In this document: piece after piece, positions 1-13,877 of the stretch
Numbering within the stretch: position 1 is the first letter of the stretch
Layout of the letters: each line of letters starts with the position of its first letter
Origin: Psammoneis japonica
Lineage: Eukaryota
Reading direction: 5' to 3'
DNA length: 64,000 nucleotides
Assembly: GCA_008632985.1 (NCBI GenBank)
Contig: QPGO01000128.1
Coordinates: 62,001 to 126,000, forward strand
Position numbers and translations under genes: made by a program
The notes under the pieces: model-generated
The model's database searches: none
Told to the model about the DNA's origin: nothing
The model's input: the letters and a program-made list of their open reading frames with translations, nothing else

Positions 1-350
1 TGCCGTTGAAAGAATGGGACAATGTGGGACATCATCTAGAGCAGCTAGCACTCTTTGCATTTACGGTAGGAGGAGTCTTTGTTCTAATCGGCAACTCCCT
101 CTTTCTCCAGGAATGGCGCTCTACTAGTTGCTATGACGACCTCTACAGGATACTGTAGCTCACACAAAACTTATGTACCGGTAGATAGGCTAGACAATGA
201 TAGAGTTGCTACTCTAGGGCCTACGGTAACCCCTATTGAACAAAATCATCCCATTTTAAAATACATCATATAAAGAGTTGTTGTTGATACAAGAGTTAAA
301 AACAAATTACTCGATATTACATAGAAACTAAAACAACAGCCATCATATGT

Positions 351-1563
351 TTAGGCCATGGCACCACCTTGCTTGGAAAGATCCGCCTTGCTTCCCTTGG
401 TAAGCTTGGCATGAAGCATGGCGGCATAGACGGCAAGCAAAACGGTTCCAATAATGAAAAAGGCCAAGGCAAACTTTTGTCCACCCGTCGTCTTTCCGCC
501 GCCACCAAACGTGCCACTGGAACCACTGACCTGAATCTCTCCATTTTCATTGTAGGTACCCGACTCGAGCGCGGAAATAAAGCTGCAGACAATGTCTTCC
601 TGAGCAAGCTGGTTCTCGTATCCATAGTAGTTGGAGTAGCCATCATCAAATCCGTGAACCTTCTCGCACTTGCCGGCAAGCTCGTAAAGCTGTTGGCACA
701 TGTCGACAACCTCGGGTTCTTCGTATCCATTGTTGTTTCCGTCGTTTTCGGGAGGAACCAAGCAAGAGACACACGATTCGTCGCCGTAGGTCTTTTTCAT
801 GAGAGCATAGGAAAGCTGAAAGTATCCTCCATTGTCATTGACAAGGTAGTCCTGAACATCGGCATTCTCCTTGACCAAGTTGCACTCCTCATCGGTAAAG
901 ACACCAATCTTGATCTTGTATCCATTGTTGGTGCAAATGGGACCGGCGTAAAGAGCTTGGGCGCGGTCGTCTTCGGGGTCGTAAATCATTTGGCACTCGA
1001 TAAATTCCGAAGCCTCAATGTATCCATTGTCCTCCATGTTTTCCATCATCTGGCACTCATCATAACAGGACGAGCAAAAGTCTTCCGAAAGCTTGTTGCC
1101 CTGATCATCATAGGCATATCCGTTCTGCCTGTCTGCAATTGTCACACGCCTGGCAGTACTCCTCATCCTGTTCTTGTTGGTACTGAATCGCCGCTTCCAA
1201 GTACTCTTCAAGCGAAATCACATACTCGCCGTATCCATAGTTGCATTGTCCGCAGTCCGAATCGGGACAGAGACGGAAAATAACAAAGCGTTGCGTCCCG
1301 AGAACGGTTCCCGCCTCTTCGTTTTCGGCAAGCTCATCGTCGTAGGCCTTGACAAATTGGCACTGCTCAAACTTGACCGAGTACTTGGAAATGTCCGGCA
1401 TGTACTCTTGGTCGAGCTTACGCATCTGCGAGTTGGCAGTCTCCGTGGCGCCGCGTACCAACTTGTTCACGTAAGACGACTTGGCCGAGTTGGTCGACTT
1501 GGCCGCAAAGGGATTGGCCGACGCCGAAGCGGCAAGGAGGGCAAAGACGCACGCAAACTTCAT
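351..1563 (-). CDS. Silicanin-family (Sin1-related) silica deposition vesicle membrane protein; one apparent frameshift near 1135
   Basis: Signal peptide MKFACVFALLAASASA, RKL (RXL) motif, YSVKFEQCQFV..RFVIFRLCP..C..CNYGYGEYV, Cys/Asn/acidic lumenal domain, C-terminal TM (KFALAFFIIGTVLLAVYAAML) and short tail. N-terminal half lies in ORF 1108..1941, C-terminal half in ORF 351..1211. Confidence 0.8.
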
Positions 1564-3194
1564 TTTTATCTGCAAAAGAAAAAAATGACACGAAAATTGT
1601 GTGAGGCACGATTTGAAAAGTGATTTATGGTGACGAAGAAAATATATCATTGATGGATATACAGCTGCGAAGACATCATTCACAGGATACTTGGCGATGT
1701 CGAAAAAATGATGCGTTTCGAAACTTGCATGACGATGGTTGCTGCTGTACTGCTCCCGACGCCGCTTATATAAATAATCGCCAGTCATATGATGATACCG
1801 TGATAAGACTGAAAGCGAGAGATACACGACGACGACAACACACAGAGAGCGTGACGCCGAACGACGACGAAAAAAACAGGCTCTTCTTTGACCATGACAA
1901 CGACGCAACGGCACCGTCACGATCACGCCGTCCACTAACAATTACAACGCTACTCCCATAGAGCACATTAGCCAAGACATCACCGCCGCCGCCATGTTGT
2001 ATACAACAACAACAACTCACCTGTTTTACAAACGCGCGAGTTGAAGATTTGTGTGTTGCTTGTGGAGTGCTTTTGTTCGGGCGAAAAGTTAGACGTTGGA
2101 GTAGCGCGTCACGTACAATTACGTACAAGCCGTCATCGCTAAATTTTTGAACGCATCTGAACATATGCAATGAAGATTTCTATAATTATGATGTATACCT
2201 TTCGTATATGCTGATGAATGCGTTTTGAATGAGCACTATCGCCAATCTGTCGCCCAAAACGGAAGCGTAACCGAAGGTTACTATAAGCAATCGACGTCAT
2301 TCACATAATTAAAAAAATTTGCGATCATTTTCGTTGGAATGATGTTCATCACTGAAGATGTGGATATTTCAGAAAAAGTCATATTTCTTTCAGAATATCA
2401 CTTTTGAACCAATGACTGGCTTGGCGAGCGTGGACAAATTCAGCGACCCCTAATTGTTCAACGCATTGAAATTTGGTAAAACTTAGTTTTGTAGAATTTC
2501 ATAAAGTTTTGAACGGCCATTGGATAGAGGTTCAAAATTTTCGTCCAGCCTGCCCGATTGGATAAAAATCTACAAAAATGTAGGCATTTATAATTTGAAA
2601 CCCATTTCAGCGATGCGTGTGACTAACGGCTCCTGGTAGAAATTGTACGACAAAATTTGAGTGACAATGCTGGCGGGCATACTCGCACGTAGCCAGTACC
2701 AAACATACCAATCCTTCTGGCGAGCCTCATTCGCCCGTGGATTGTCGTCCCGAGTCCTCTCTCTCATCCTTTTGCACTTGTCACACAACTTGTTTTTGCG
2801 AGCCAAGTACAACAAGGTGCGTGAGGACGAAGACTACTTGAAGATGATGATATGACTTGGCATTGGGCTTTGGAGACAATGACTTGGTTTGATGGAGCGA
2901 GCAGCGGCGGTGCGGTTTGCGACAGCGTCTCGCATGTCGGATCATCTCGCCATGGCGCATTGTTCCATACAGTACGCGCTCTACGTACATCCTGCGCGTC
3001 TCCGATCCATCACCCAACTCCGTTGAATCATTAGCTTATTTTCTATTGTCTGATGCATGGATTGACTTGCGTGTTGTTCCTGCTTGATGTGTTTCTGTAC
3101 ATCAGACTCGTTTGCTATGGATCTATTCTTTCAGAATCTTTTTACTCACGGCATACGCTTATCGCTACTTTTCTATTTACACAGAATAAAGATC

Positions 3195-4380
3195 ATGAAG
3201 TTTCTTCTTTCTGCTCTCTTGGCGACCGTCGCCATGGCTCGTCCTAGCCAAGTCAAGATGGATCGTGGCATTTCCGTCGAATCCAAGGTGGGCCAAAACC
3301 TCATGTCGCACGCCCGTCGTGTCGAGGAGAACAACCAAAACAATGCCCAATACGCCGACGAGGAAGTGGACTTTACGTGGGTTGCCAATTACTCCATCAA
3401 GTTTCAGGGATGTCACCACATTTCGCAGTGGAACGAAGAAGCCAATGGCGAGGAGGATGTTCGTGTCATGACGAAGCGTCTTGTACGATTCCGTCTTTGT
3501 CCCACCGAGATTTGTACCGCGGAAAGGCGGTGGATGCGATGAGGGATATGGAGAGTACATTGTCGATATGAACATTTTCCTTGCTGCCTACATGGAATCC
3601 GTTCAAGATTACTACGAGTGGTTGCCAGAACTTGGAAGAGGGCGAGTGTGCGTGTAACAACGCCAACAACCAAGAGGGATGCCAGTACAAGTGCTTTGAG
3701 GAACACGGTGTCGAGGACTGGTGTGCCGACGGAGATCCCTATGACTACAATGAGGAAAATGTTCGCTTTGAACTCGAAGAGTACATGGAGTGCGCTCAGT
3801 GGAACCCCCAAGGCCGCCGTCGTCTCGACCAAACGAGATTGAGTACTTTGTCGGACCCTACTGCTCGGACCAGGGCGGTGTCATTCACCTCGGTGTCTTT
3901 ACCGACGAGACGTGCTCTTCGTTTGCCGACGATTACGCCGGACTCGAAACGTGGAAAAAGTACTCGGGCGGAGAGGAACTTCCCTACAGCAAAAACTCGG
4001 AAAAGAGCATTATCGACATGGACTGCATCTCGTGCAAGGAGCCCGATGAAAACGATGGATACAACAACGGCGGAAACGACTACCAAGACGAGGATGAGGT
4101 TCGCAATGTCTGTGAAGAGATTTACAGGAGTGCCGGCAAGTGCGAGTCGTACGGACTCTCCAACATTGTCCGTTACCCCAATGACAATGCTTGCTCCTAC
4201 ATGGAGGGCATTCAGGTGGTTCGTCTCGACGGAACTTTGGATGAGAGCAAGGCGGGTGGTGCCAACAAGACTGCTTCCATCTTTATTGGTATTTTTGTCG
4301 TTGCCTTTGTTCTTTTGGGTGCCTACGTGTACTACCTCAAGACCAAGCTTGACCGTGCCTCTATCAATTTGGCCGAGTAA
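3195..4380 (+). CDS. Sin1: Silicanin-1-like protein; three apparent frameshifts near 3524, 3621 and 3832
   Basis: Signal peptide, VDFTWVANYSIKFQGCHHISQWNEEA..KRLVRFRLCP, GYGEYIVDMN, RRRLD motif, EYFVGPYCSDQGG, TM (IFIGIFVVAFVLLGAYVYYL) and tail KTKLDRASINLAE; stitched across frames. Family assignment from recalled motif pattern. Confidence 0.8.
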
Positions 4381-5317
4381 AGCGCGTCGTTGTGTATGGC
4401 ATTCTCAAATAATGAGAGTTGTTTTTATTCTCAAGGCAGTGTAATCATCTTTATGTAATTCTTTTAGTACCATTTTTAAAACAGAACAAGAGTGTGCAAT
4501 GAATTACTATTGTTGTTAGTTTTTCGTGGTTGCTCCATGCTCTCCCTTCTTGGCTTTACCGTTGTCCCGTGTTTATGCTCTCTTCTTCCGCAACCAAGAA
4601 TCGACTCAGCCCAAAATACCGTACATACCTGGTACATCTATTTATTCTCGGAGTAAAAGGTGCAAACGGGCATACCTACCTATGGTAGCCCAACAGTATT
4701 CATTCTTGACTGTACCCTAGAGGCCTACTTACTACACTAGCTAGAGTCGCAGGGCATACGTAAAAGAGACGTACCGTACTTTCACTTCTTCGATAACTCT
4801 AGTACCTAGTAGTCTAGAGGGTATGCAACAAGGCACAGAGTGAGAGTAGTCTAGGAGTTTGTATCCGTTCTTATCTACTCATCCCAAGCATACATCATAC
4901 ATAACAGATATTTGTAGAGGAGTTGAAAGTAGCCCTCTTTCGTTGTTGAACGTGCAGTCCATGACATACTGTACTACGCTGGAGTTGTCGTAGCTGTGAA
5001 AAAAGTACTTGCAACCCTTTAATCAGTATAGTAGTTTAGGGTGTGCAACAAGGCACAGTTACAGCGAGAGCTAGTATCCGTTCTTGACTTGCATAGGTGT
5101 TCAAGCTCTCTCAAGGGCTCCTTCATGGGCCAACATATTATGATTGCGCACGGCAGTGCAGATACTCGAAAGCCTCACTAGAGCTAGTAGAGAGTAGTAA
5201 CAACAAGCCGTCGTGATGGGCGATTCGAAACAACGTCATTTGATTAACCTAAAATTACAATCCTTTAAAATCGTCGTATCCTAAATTGTGCCCATTAAAG
5301 GTGCTCCCACAACGCCT

Positions 5318-6561
5318 TTATTGATATTCGGCGGCAAAGAACGACTTGGGTTTGCAAGGGTCCTTTCCCCACGTGGAGAGCAGATTTAAAAAGTGCTGCT
5401 TGTCCCCACCAACATGGACATCAGGACTGGCCAAAAAGTCGTTACGAATCCATTTCTGCGTGGCGGCACCCTGCCGAACCAGCAAGGCACGCAATTCTTG
5501 TATCGATCGTGACAAATGTCAATGGTTTTTGCCAAAGACTTGGATCCGACAAAGTGATTGAGATTCTCGTGTCCAAACGGAGGAATGGGAGTTTGTAATC
5601 CTAAAAAGTCTTGCATGTCGGTACGGAACCGGGACGCACGGGCTTCATTGTCGTCCTCGAGTTGCTCCAAGGAATATACAAAGACGGAGAAGGGATTGGG
5701 CTTGACTCCCATATTGGTCCGACCGACAAGAGAGTCCATGGTGGACGTCGTCAGGTTGGTCTTGCCCATTTGCATCAAAAACAACTCAAAGCGAGCATTG
5801 TCCGTCGATACGCCCTTCCATTCGCGGTGTACGAGATATTCAATCGGAGGGATCTTGTCCTTGAGTTTGCGATTGTGAATCTCCGTGACGCGGTAGTTGT
5901 AGTAACTCTGAAAGTACCAAACCGGATGACGCACACCAATCACAATTCGAGCATCGGGAGAATGGCTTGAGAGGCGTTCCAATGCGCGTGGGTTCTTGAT
6001 TCCAGACGGGCACTTGATTCCGCGCTTGACAGCCGGCGACGAGTCGAGATCCTTAATGTCTTCGTCCAACTTGGCAATTGCGGCATTGTCGATAAGGCTG
6101 TTGCTACTAACAGAACACTTTTCGCGGTCGCTAATGGAGGTCTCGTTGTGAGCGCCAAACGCGTACAAGAGAGTGGTGGTACCGCACTTGGGAAAGCCGG
6201 CAATGAAGAAATCCAAACGAGGAGATTGAGGCTTGTCGGCGTTCTTCTTGAAAGGCTTGGGACGACGGAGACCACCGTGAATGTCTTTGATTTCCACTAG
6301 CTCGCGACGAGCAATCACGAGCGAGTCTTCTTGCTCAATCAAGCGCGTCGTGACGGCTCGAAAGTTAAGCTGAAAGGTACACATGGTCGATACGAGAAAG
6401 CAGACTCCAAATAGCCAAGCGTATCCAGAACGGGCAAGAGATTTCTTGGAAGAAGAAGCTTGGGTGTGCGGCCGATTCGAGGCGTGACCACTAGTCGTTG
6501 ACGACGACGACGACATGACTACGGCTGCACGACGTTCCTGTTTCATGGCTGGATGATCCAT
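5318..6561 (-). CDS. Type II membrane sulfotransferase (P-loop sulfotransferase family); apparent 1-nt deletion near 5499
   Basis: N-terminal TM, 5'-PSB motif FFIAGFPKCGTTTL, 3'-PB motif VRHPVWYFQSYYNY; C-terminus (ELRALLV..WGKDPC) continues in ORF 5318..5515. Confidence 0.85.
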
Positions 6562-6977
6562 TGCGTTTTGATTGTGTGATAGAGGTCAATGCACTGCTCA
6601 AAAGAGATTTTATGGCTTGAGTGACTTTGAAACAAGGTGATTTTCAAAATTGTGACATGATGTGCGAGAGAGATTTCGAAAATGTTTCGCAATTGTGTGG
6701 GCCGAATTTCAAAATTTCATTGACGTCATCATTGTGTATCGCATCAGTTCCCTCCAACACAATTCCAGATTATTTTGAAAATTTGCAACGTATGAGAATG
6801 AAATAATCTTATTGTCGTCTTGGGTCAGTTTTTGCTGTGTCAGTATTGACTTTCAAAGGTTTACTCGACGCGACCAAGCTCAGCGACAGTGCTCGACTCT
6901 TGTTTTCTCCGACAACAGCTTTTTGAATGTCGTTGCTGTTCCTTCTTCTCTTCTTTTTTGTATGCTCTCGTTGATGA

Positions 6978-7428
6978 ACTCATCCAAAACAATATTTGTT
7001 AGGAACAGAATCTCTGTCTGCTCGATGTAGATTCATCACGTAAATCGACAGCTAGCTGGTGTCATTCAAACCCTCGACCCCGCCGCGTGATGGAGTTGAA
7101 ACACACGGCATCCGTTTGACTGTCCGACAACTCGTGTGCGGTGTGACTGTAAGGACAGAAACCCATGAAACTTTGACTCATATTGCTTGAGGCATGGAGT
7201 GAGAAGACACTCGTTGACGACAGAAGCAGAGGGAGATCACGCACAGTAAACGCCATGGTGTGCGCGGTGCAGAGTCACTTGTACACCGGCGGAGCGGAGG
7301 GAGTTGTTTAATTGTGCTGTGTAAGATTCCGTGCAAGTGTTGTTTTCTTCTAAATGAAAAGGAGTCACCAAATATGGAATCCAGGAATTCGCATCTTGCG
7401 AACAGCAACCTTGCGAGGTCCCGAACTA
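6978..7428 (+). repeat. ~450-bp diverged direct repeat, copy 1 (upstream of gene at 7518)
   Basis: Collinear blocks ACTCATCCAAAACAATATTTGT, GGAGTTGAAACACAC, GGAGTGAGAAGACACTC, GCGAACAGCAACCTTG shared with 12722-13159. Confidence 0.85.
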
Positions 7429-7517
7429 CGGTAAAACAGATATCTAATGCCGGGTACAAAGATACCGGTACAGAAGCGTCGGCCATGGCGCTCTAAACAA
7501 CAAAACTTGCAGCAACC

Positions 7518-10500
7518 ATGACGAGTCGCCCGGAAGAGAATGAAACAGCTGCCAAGAAGCGCAAAGAATTGCGTGTCACGGAGAATGATCGCAGCAGCGA
7601 TAGGAGCCAGAAGAGGAGCAAGAAGCACTGTGCAACGCCTGCTGCTGGTGATTCTTCCAAGACGCACTTTGTAGCACTGTTGAGAGACAATGTGAGCGAA
7701 AAACAGCTCAAGTCCCTAACAAAAGAAAAACTTGACATTGAACAGGCTGCCGCATTCTTGTCGGAAGCCTATTCTCATACGATGTTTTGCATTCTTCAGA
7801 AACACGTTGAAGACAAGTCGCCAGGGAGCCTTGTTGTAATTGAAGGCGTGGGGTTGTTTCATCCCGACCCTTCGACTTTTACCTTTCTTGTTTTTGAAGC
7901 CCGAAGACAGAGTGACGGTCGGTTGTTGCTTCCAACGCTTAGAGCGTCTTTCGATAGAGACGGGAAAGAAATAGTATGCTCTGAAAGAAAGAAATTGGGC
8001 TTGTGGACAGAAGCGGAGGTTGCAATTCTCTTTCTAGCGCTGAAGGACATGATGGCCGATACGAAAGCCACTGAACAAAAAGGGTATGAGACTGCTGAAG
8101 ATATTCGCCAACTCATTGTGCAAAAGCTCTTGGTGTTCAAGAACCAGCGACAATCGCACATGAAACATCCGTCCCCTGAATTCATGTCATTGCCCGCTAC
8201 GTCGATACTGAAGCGGCTTTTGGAGTGGAAGAGCGCTAGGGAGATTTGTCCTCCCAATGTGCGCCCTTCCTTTTATACGCAAGGTTCAATCGACACCCAT
8301 GTATGCCAAGAAGAGGGCGAAGAGAAGTCCAAGCATGATCGTGAGAAGGAAAAATTGCGAGGGAGAGTGAAATCGTACCGCCGCAAGCAAACTGACGAGT
8401 ACACAAAGCTTGTCAAAGCTCACTTCCAGCGATGGAAGACTTCTTTGAGGCAGATCGATGCGGCGCAAGTAACAACGTTGGAATGTGCAAAATCAATGTT
8501 TGACCTGGGACGTTCGTTTGTGATCGCGGAATGGGAGCTTGATCAAATTCAACGCCGCGACATTAAAAGATGGGTACATGACTTAATGGAGGAAGGGATA
8601 GGAGAGATATGGAAGTGTCATGACATCGATTTGGACGACTTGTATCCTTTCAAAATCGAGGATTCGTCACCATCACCTGATGCTGAAAAATACGTCTCTA
8701 AGAACCCCGACGGTATAGGCGATTCCGTGGAGACACTTCTTTGTGGTTGGGTAGTGGACGACATTGGCCTTCGCCGAATTGTTGCCGAAACTGGTAGCAG
8801 TATTAGTAACAGTCGTTCTTTTGATGATGCTGTGTCTCTTATTGACACCGCGGAAAAACGGGTAGATGAATGGGTTTGTTCCCAAGCATCCCTCACGGAA
8901 TCGAGAGTGCGGGCTTATGCTGAATTCTGCTATGAAGACCACAATGCATCAGATACAGAAGAAAAACAGACCATTGGAAAAAGCAAACCCCGTCTTGTCA
9001 CAAAGCTTTGGAACGAGGAGGAAGCAGAGGCTCATTTTCTTTTGAGTGGAGTGGAAGTAGGAAGTAATTGCGTGCAAGGTGGAATAGAAATGTTGGTAGA
9101 CCATGTGGGCATGCGACGTAGTCTGAAGAAGATTTTGGAGGAGAATCGCCACGTGTCATACTCGATAGAGCGGGAGCTTCGTGCTTGTCTTAATACAGCC
9201 AAACGTTTCTTGCGCAAAAAGGACAGAAACAACGCTCGCCTTTGTGTTTACAGCGCCGTTGGCTTCCTTTGTTCCAAGGTCACCGGACAACGCATATTTT
9301 CTTGCGATTCTGATACTGCAGCCACAATTTGTTTTCTTCGACAAAAGAAGGCTGCATTTGATGAAGCCGCAGCCACAATTGCACTTCTCTATTTTGAACT
9401 AGAACAGGTAGAGGGGGGCGTTAAGGAAATGCCGGCTGATGCATGGTGGCATTTCACTGCGCTACAAAGTGGAGAAATGTCTCTACCGTTCGAGCATTGC
9501 GATCATGAGCTTGATGACGATATGGATATAGATCTGCGACTGCATGAGCATATCGCAGCTGCATATTTAACAAGAACGGTTGGCGTGACCCAATTTTGCA
9601 GGGAGTCCTGATTGGTGACGAGTCCTCTATCGAGAAGTGGGCAGGTCAAGAGCACTCTATCGTATCAAAGGCCAGGTTTGATATACTCAAGGAACAGAAC
9701 GCAGCCAAGGAAGCCTTGTCGTTCGCTCGAACAATGGGAGGCGATCCGACAGCACTCCACTATCTGGTCTCCAGTGGACGCGTAGATATGGCGATACACC
9801 AAGCTAGTGATTGATTTAATTGATACAGACCCATGTATGAGCTTTCTATGTGCCCAGGCGCAGCTACTTCATGTGGTTGGCACTCCAGACGAAGCATATG
9901 ATCAGTTCGCCTATTACGGAGACCACAAATTTATGAATCGCAAAGTCCAAGACGCCGTTGTATTCCTTGTGGATCACTTTCTTTCTGCCTATGTGTACCC
10001 TGACGCCGCAGCAGTGGCGCAGGACGTTGGAGACAGGACAAGCAATGTACTGACTCTGGCGAACTTGAGCAAGTTCGCAACTATTCAAACGTTCCTTGGT
10101 GTTGCGGCCAGCAGCACTGTCAAAATGCAGTCCTTGCTTGGAAGTAATCTGCAACTGTTCCTCGACGATCGTTCACTACTTGGCATTGCCGCTCTGGCTG
10201 TTATTGCTCATATCACAAAGTCAATGGGCGTTTCACTTTGCGCCGAAATCACGGGCTTGATAGATTTCCAAGCGGGAAAATACGACTGCAGATTTTGCGG
10301 CCGCTTACAGCGTTTCGTGGACGAATCCAATAACAGTCTCCAAGAATCCACGGAACTTATTAGCAGAGCTTTTTTTGCGTGCTATAATGGCATGCTTGGA
10401 GAATGTGGCGGCCAATCAGTTGACAGTTGCATTTTCCCAGCTATTGTATCGGCTTTTCACCTTGCAGCTCGTTTCCGTGATATCTCAGCCTTGACTCAAC

Positions 10501-12480
10501 TTTCTCGAATAGCAAGTGGATGGAAGGGCACACGCCCTGTTTTGGACAATGCGATGCGCCTTGTATTGCATTATTGGAAACGAGGCGGATTCGAACTGGC
10601 ATCTCAAGAAGCGATCGCGCTGTTGCTTGAAATTGTTATCAATCTAAGGAGCCATGAAACAAACCACTCGTTTTGCGGCTTATACAAACATGCTACACCA
10701 TGGCTGCTTCTTGCTTATGGAGCGCGGAAAGGACCGGAGAAAGCTTCTTCCTTGGCAATTTGGAATCGTTCCTTATGCGAGCTGGAATCCACGCTTAGAT
10801 CTCTGACGCGTGGCGATACTGATATGACTCTTGAGGAGCATGTAAGAGACAGCATCATGGACGACTTCGTTAGCATGAGCTTGCAGTCATGTTTCGATGA
10901 AACGCGACGAGAGCTATGTAAGGAAATCGCCATGGAACTGATTTCAAGGTCGAGCGAGGAGTTTGTGAAGGTTGAGTTTCTTAAAGAGTGCGTCGACGCA
11001 GCGGGTGCAGCCAACACTTCGATTTGGAACCTTGTTTTCAATGGCACGCAGTCGCCGCTTCTGCCATGCGTCGCTGCTGACGTTTTCCAAAGGCAGTCGC
11101 CAGTTTGCGCTCTTGAGGTTCTGCGCCGAATAGATTTTCACCTTCAAAACGAAGGAGAGCATTTCAGCTCACCCGAATTTGTTGTTACTTGTGGTTTGAC
11201 TTGGCTACGTGGGGTGGCTGAACTCGATACTGTGTTCAAAGTTGCTGAGATTGGATTTGGGCAAGACAAGGGTATATGGCTTGGAATTGATGCTGACTGG
11301 AGGTTGGCACTCGACACGAGGCGAGAAAGGAATATGGGCACAACACGATCCTTTCCGGAAGGATCCATATTCAGCGGCATTTGGACTGACAACCTTGATC
11401 GAGCATTATGCACTTCATTACAAAAGAACTCAAATCGTGAATACAGGCACCTTGCATCGGAGGCCGTCGCCCTTTGTGTAGCGTTGCACTTTCGATTAAG
11501 GCCAACCGTTCGTCGATACGAGCGCTTACGACAAGTATGGCGAGGGATTTCCTCTCTACGGTTGCCCCGGAACTTCGAACCCCGCAATCTTCTCGAATTT
11601 GTACTTGATACAGATTGGGGACTTCAGAGCATTAGCACAACTAGCGTTGAAGATTGCGCTGTGACCGACGCCGGAAGCGAAGAAAGCGGCAAATGCAAAT
11701 TCGAAACTGTTCCGTTTGTGCAGCATCGAGTTTGTCTGGCTATCGTGGAAAAGATGCAACCTGCCGCCTTTCGACTTTGCATAAAGGCAAGCAAAGCAAC
11801 GCATGTCTGGGATCCACCGGTTTCCCGATACAGTGGCAAGAAGGAGCTTTCTTTTTCTCTACACGACCTGTGCGAAGGTTGCCTTCTCGCTTTTCGTGAC
11901 GCGACGACAACTACTTCCCCACATGTCGCCGACCTTGCATCAGCTACCATATGGCCTCCTTTCAATAAATTGGCTTCGGGTGTGCCCCAAATGTTGGGAC
12001 AACGCTCGAGAGATCCATCTGAAGAGCTTACATCGAATCCCCTGTTCTGAGGAGGTCGAAATGCTACATGCTTGTGCGGTAGCTTGGTCTGACGCGCCAT
12101 GCGATTGCGAAGTTGTTTCATCTTGCGCATCCTTGATTCGCTGCGTAAGCGAGTGCATCAAGGGTTGGGTGCAATTTCCACAGGTCCAAAACCGAAGAGA
12201 TTGTCAGCACTGCCGTGATTACGAAGGCCGAGACGACGACGAACATCGGCGCAGACGCGCGTACAGGAGTGAGGGGCGAGATGGATGGGGAGAAGGTCGA
12301 CAATTTAGGCTACCACCCCCATCCCAGTCGAATTACAAGCTTCCTGACTTCCCCTTATCTAAGGAAGAAATTCTTGTTCGTTTATCGGAGCTACAGTTGA
12401 TCGCTGCAGACAGCCACTTGCCTTCTGACACATACGAATGGTATGAAGTGGCAAGGCAAAGACTCGCAGATTTAGAATGA
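7518..12480 (+). CDS. Large hypothetical protein, probably one gene split by frame changes (7518..9611, 9596..9814, 9807..12050, ending 12480)
   Basis: Consecutive overlapping long ORFs (697 aa and 747 aa) on the same strand with normal amino-acid composition; no recognisable motif; junctions could be indels or introns. Confidence 0.55.
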
Positions 12481-12721
12481 ACTGTTAAGGAGACGAGGGG
12501 GGTGGCATTGTAGAATCATACTCCAAACACTGTGGGACCTATTCACAGATGATGACCCTGTCTTTTTGTAGTAGGTGGTACTCTAAGATTGTGGTAGCAT
12601 CTTGACCTGCGGTCCTCGACTGTTTCCAACAATCGAAAACACAAATCGACGCTTCGTATGAAACACTGCAGACTGCAAAAGAAATGCATGAATGTTCACA
12701 AACAAAATGCAATCTTGATAC

Positions 12722-13159
12722 ACTCATCCAAAACAATATTTGTAAGGGACAGAATCTCTGTGTCGTTCAAATCCTCGACCCCAGCCGAGTGGAGTTGAAA
12801 CACACAGCATCCGTTTTTAGTTGTCCGGCAACTCGTATGTGCATGACTATGACAGGGACCCATGAAACCGTGCTGTCAGTACAAGGAGGAGAAATGGTCT
12901 GACTCCATATTGCTTGAAGCAAGGAGTGAGAAGACACTCATTGACGACAAAAACAGGGAGATCAACGCAGTAACGGCATTGGCGCGTGTCTCTACTACTA
13001 GCTACAGTAGCTCTATCGGAGGGAGTTTTGGATCTGTGTTTCATCATGGAAGATTCCGTAAAAGTGTTGATTTGTTACAAGTAAGAGGAATCTCACAATG
13101 TGGATTCCGGGAGTTCGAAAGAAGCGAACAGCAACCTTGTGGGGTTCGACCGAACATGC
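12722..13159 (+). repeat. ~450-bp diverged direct repeat, copy 2 (interrupted by nested transposons)
   Basis: See copy 1; weak similarity resumes after 15535 (AACAGA..CAACAACTTGCAG). Confidence 0.85.
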
Positions 13160-13877
13160 TAAGGCGGTTTCTTTTGTACTACAAATTGCCAAACACTTGG
13201 CAAAAACGCGCGTAAAGCTCCTTCGTTCGCCTCTGAAGGGAAAATTTCTCTTCGTTGCTCGATTGCACCAGCCTGCGTAGAAAAGCACACAATCTTCCCG
13301 TGCGTGATTTTTTGGAAACAACACAGATGACACCGCTCGCACTCTTCAACCATGGCAAACAAACGCCACACACAACCGTGTCCGTGCACGGGAATCAAAC
13401 GCCGAAACTCCACATGATGCTGTCGAGTGTGACGATGCAGATGGTCCCACGAGGGACAAAATGCTCGACGAGCTGTGGTGCGGTGTGCCGAAGAGCGCGA
13501 CAGGAAGTTTCTGGTCGGCGGACACCTGCCGGATGACGAGGCGCACCGTCAATGCATTGGATGTGGGCATTTTTCTGTGGATGAGCCATGCCAAATTCAA
13601 AGTGTTGTGCAGAGGAATGAGAAAAAGCTCGATGAGTGGCAAACTTCGGTCGAGGAGTTTGAAAATTGCAAGAGGAGTGGCGCGCCATGTTGTGCACCCG
13701 GAGGAAAGCCCCAGTCTCGTAGACCGACCAAGCCCAAAGAGGAGACGGCATTTGCACTCTGCCATTGTGTGCGGATCTTCATTGGGATGGATGCCAGTGG
13801 CATGGAAAAAAAAACAGACAACCCAGAATCAACAATGCCGCTGTGTGATCCGATTGCATTGATGCCGAAGCAGTGTC

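Noticed and set aside
369..1623. Long plus-strand ORFs 369..1283 and 1174..1623
   Set aside because: Antisense shadows of the codon-biased silicanin gene.
2105..2660. Possible old MITE between the silicanin genes
   Set aside because: Only weak patchy inverted similarity (CGTACAATT, CATCGCT) and no TSD.
3520..3835. Programmed ribosomal frameshifting in the Sin1-like gene
   Set aside because: No consistent slippery motif; similar breaks in neighbouring genes point to sequence error.
4821..5092. Two ~55-bp direct repeats (TGCAACAAGGCACAG..GTATCCGTTCTT)
   Set aside because: Real but short local duplication in a convergent intergenic region; no sign of function.
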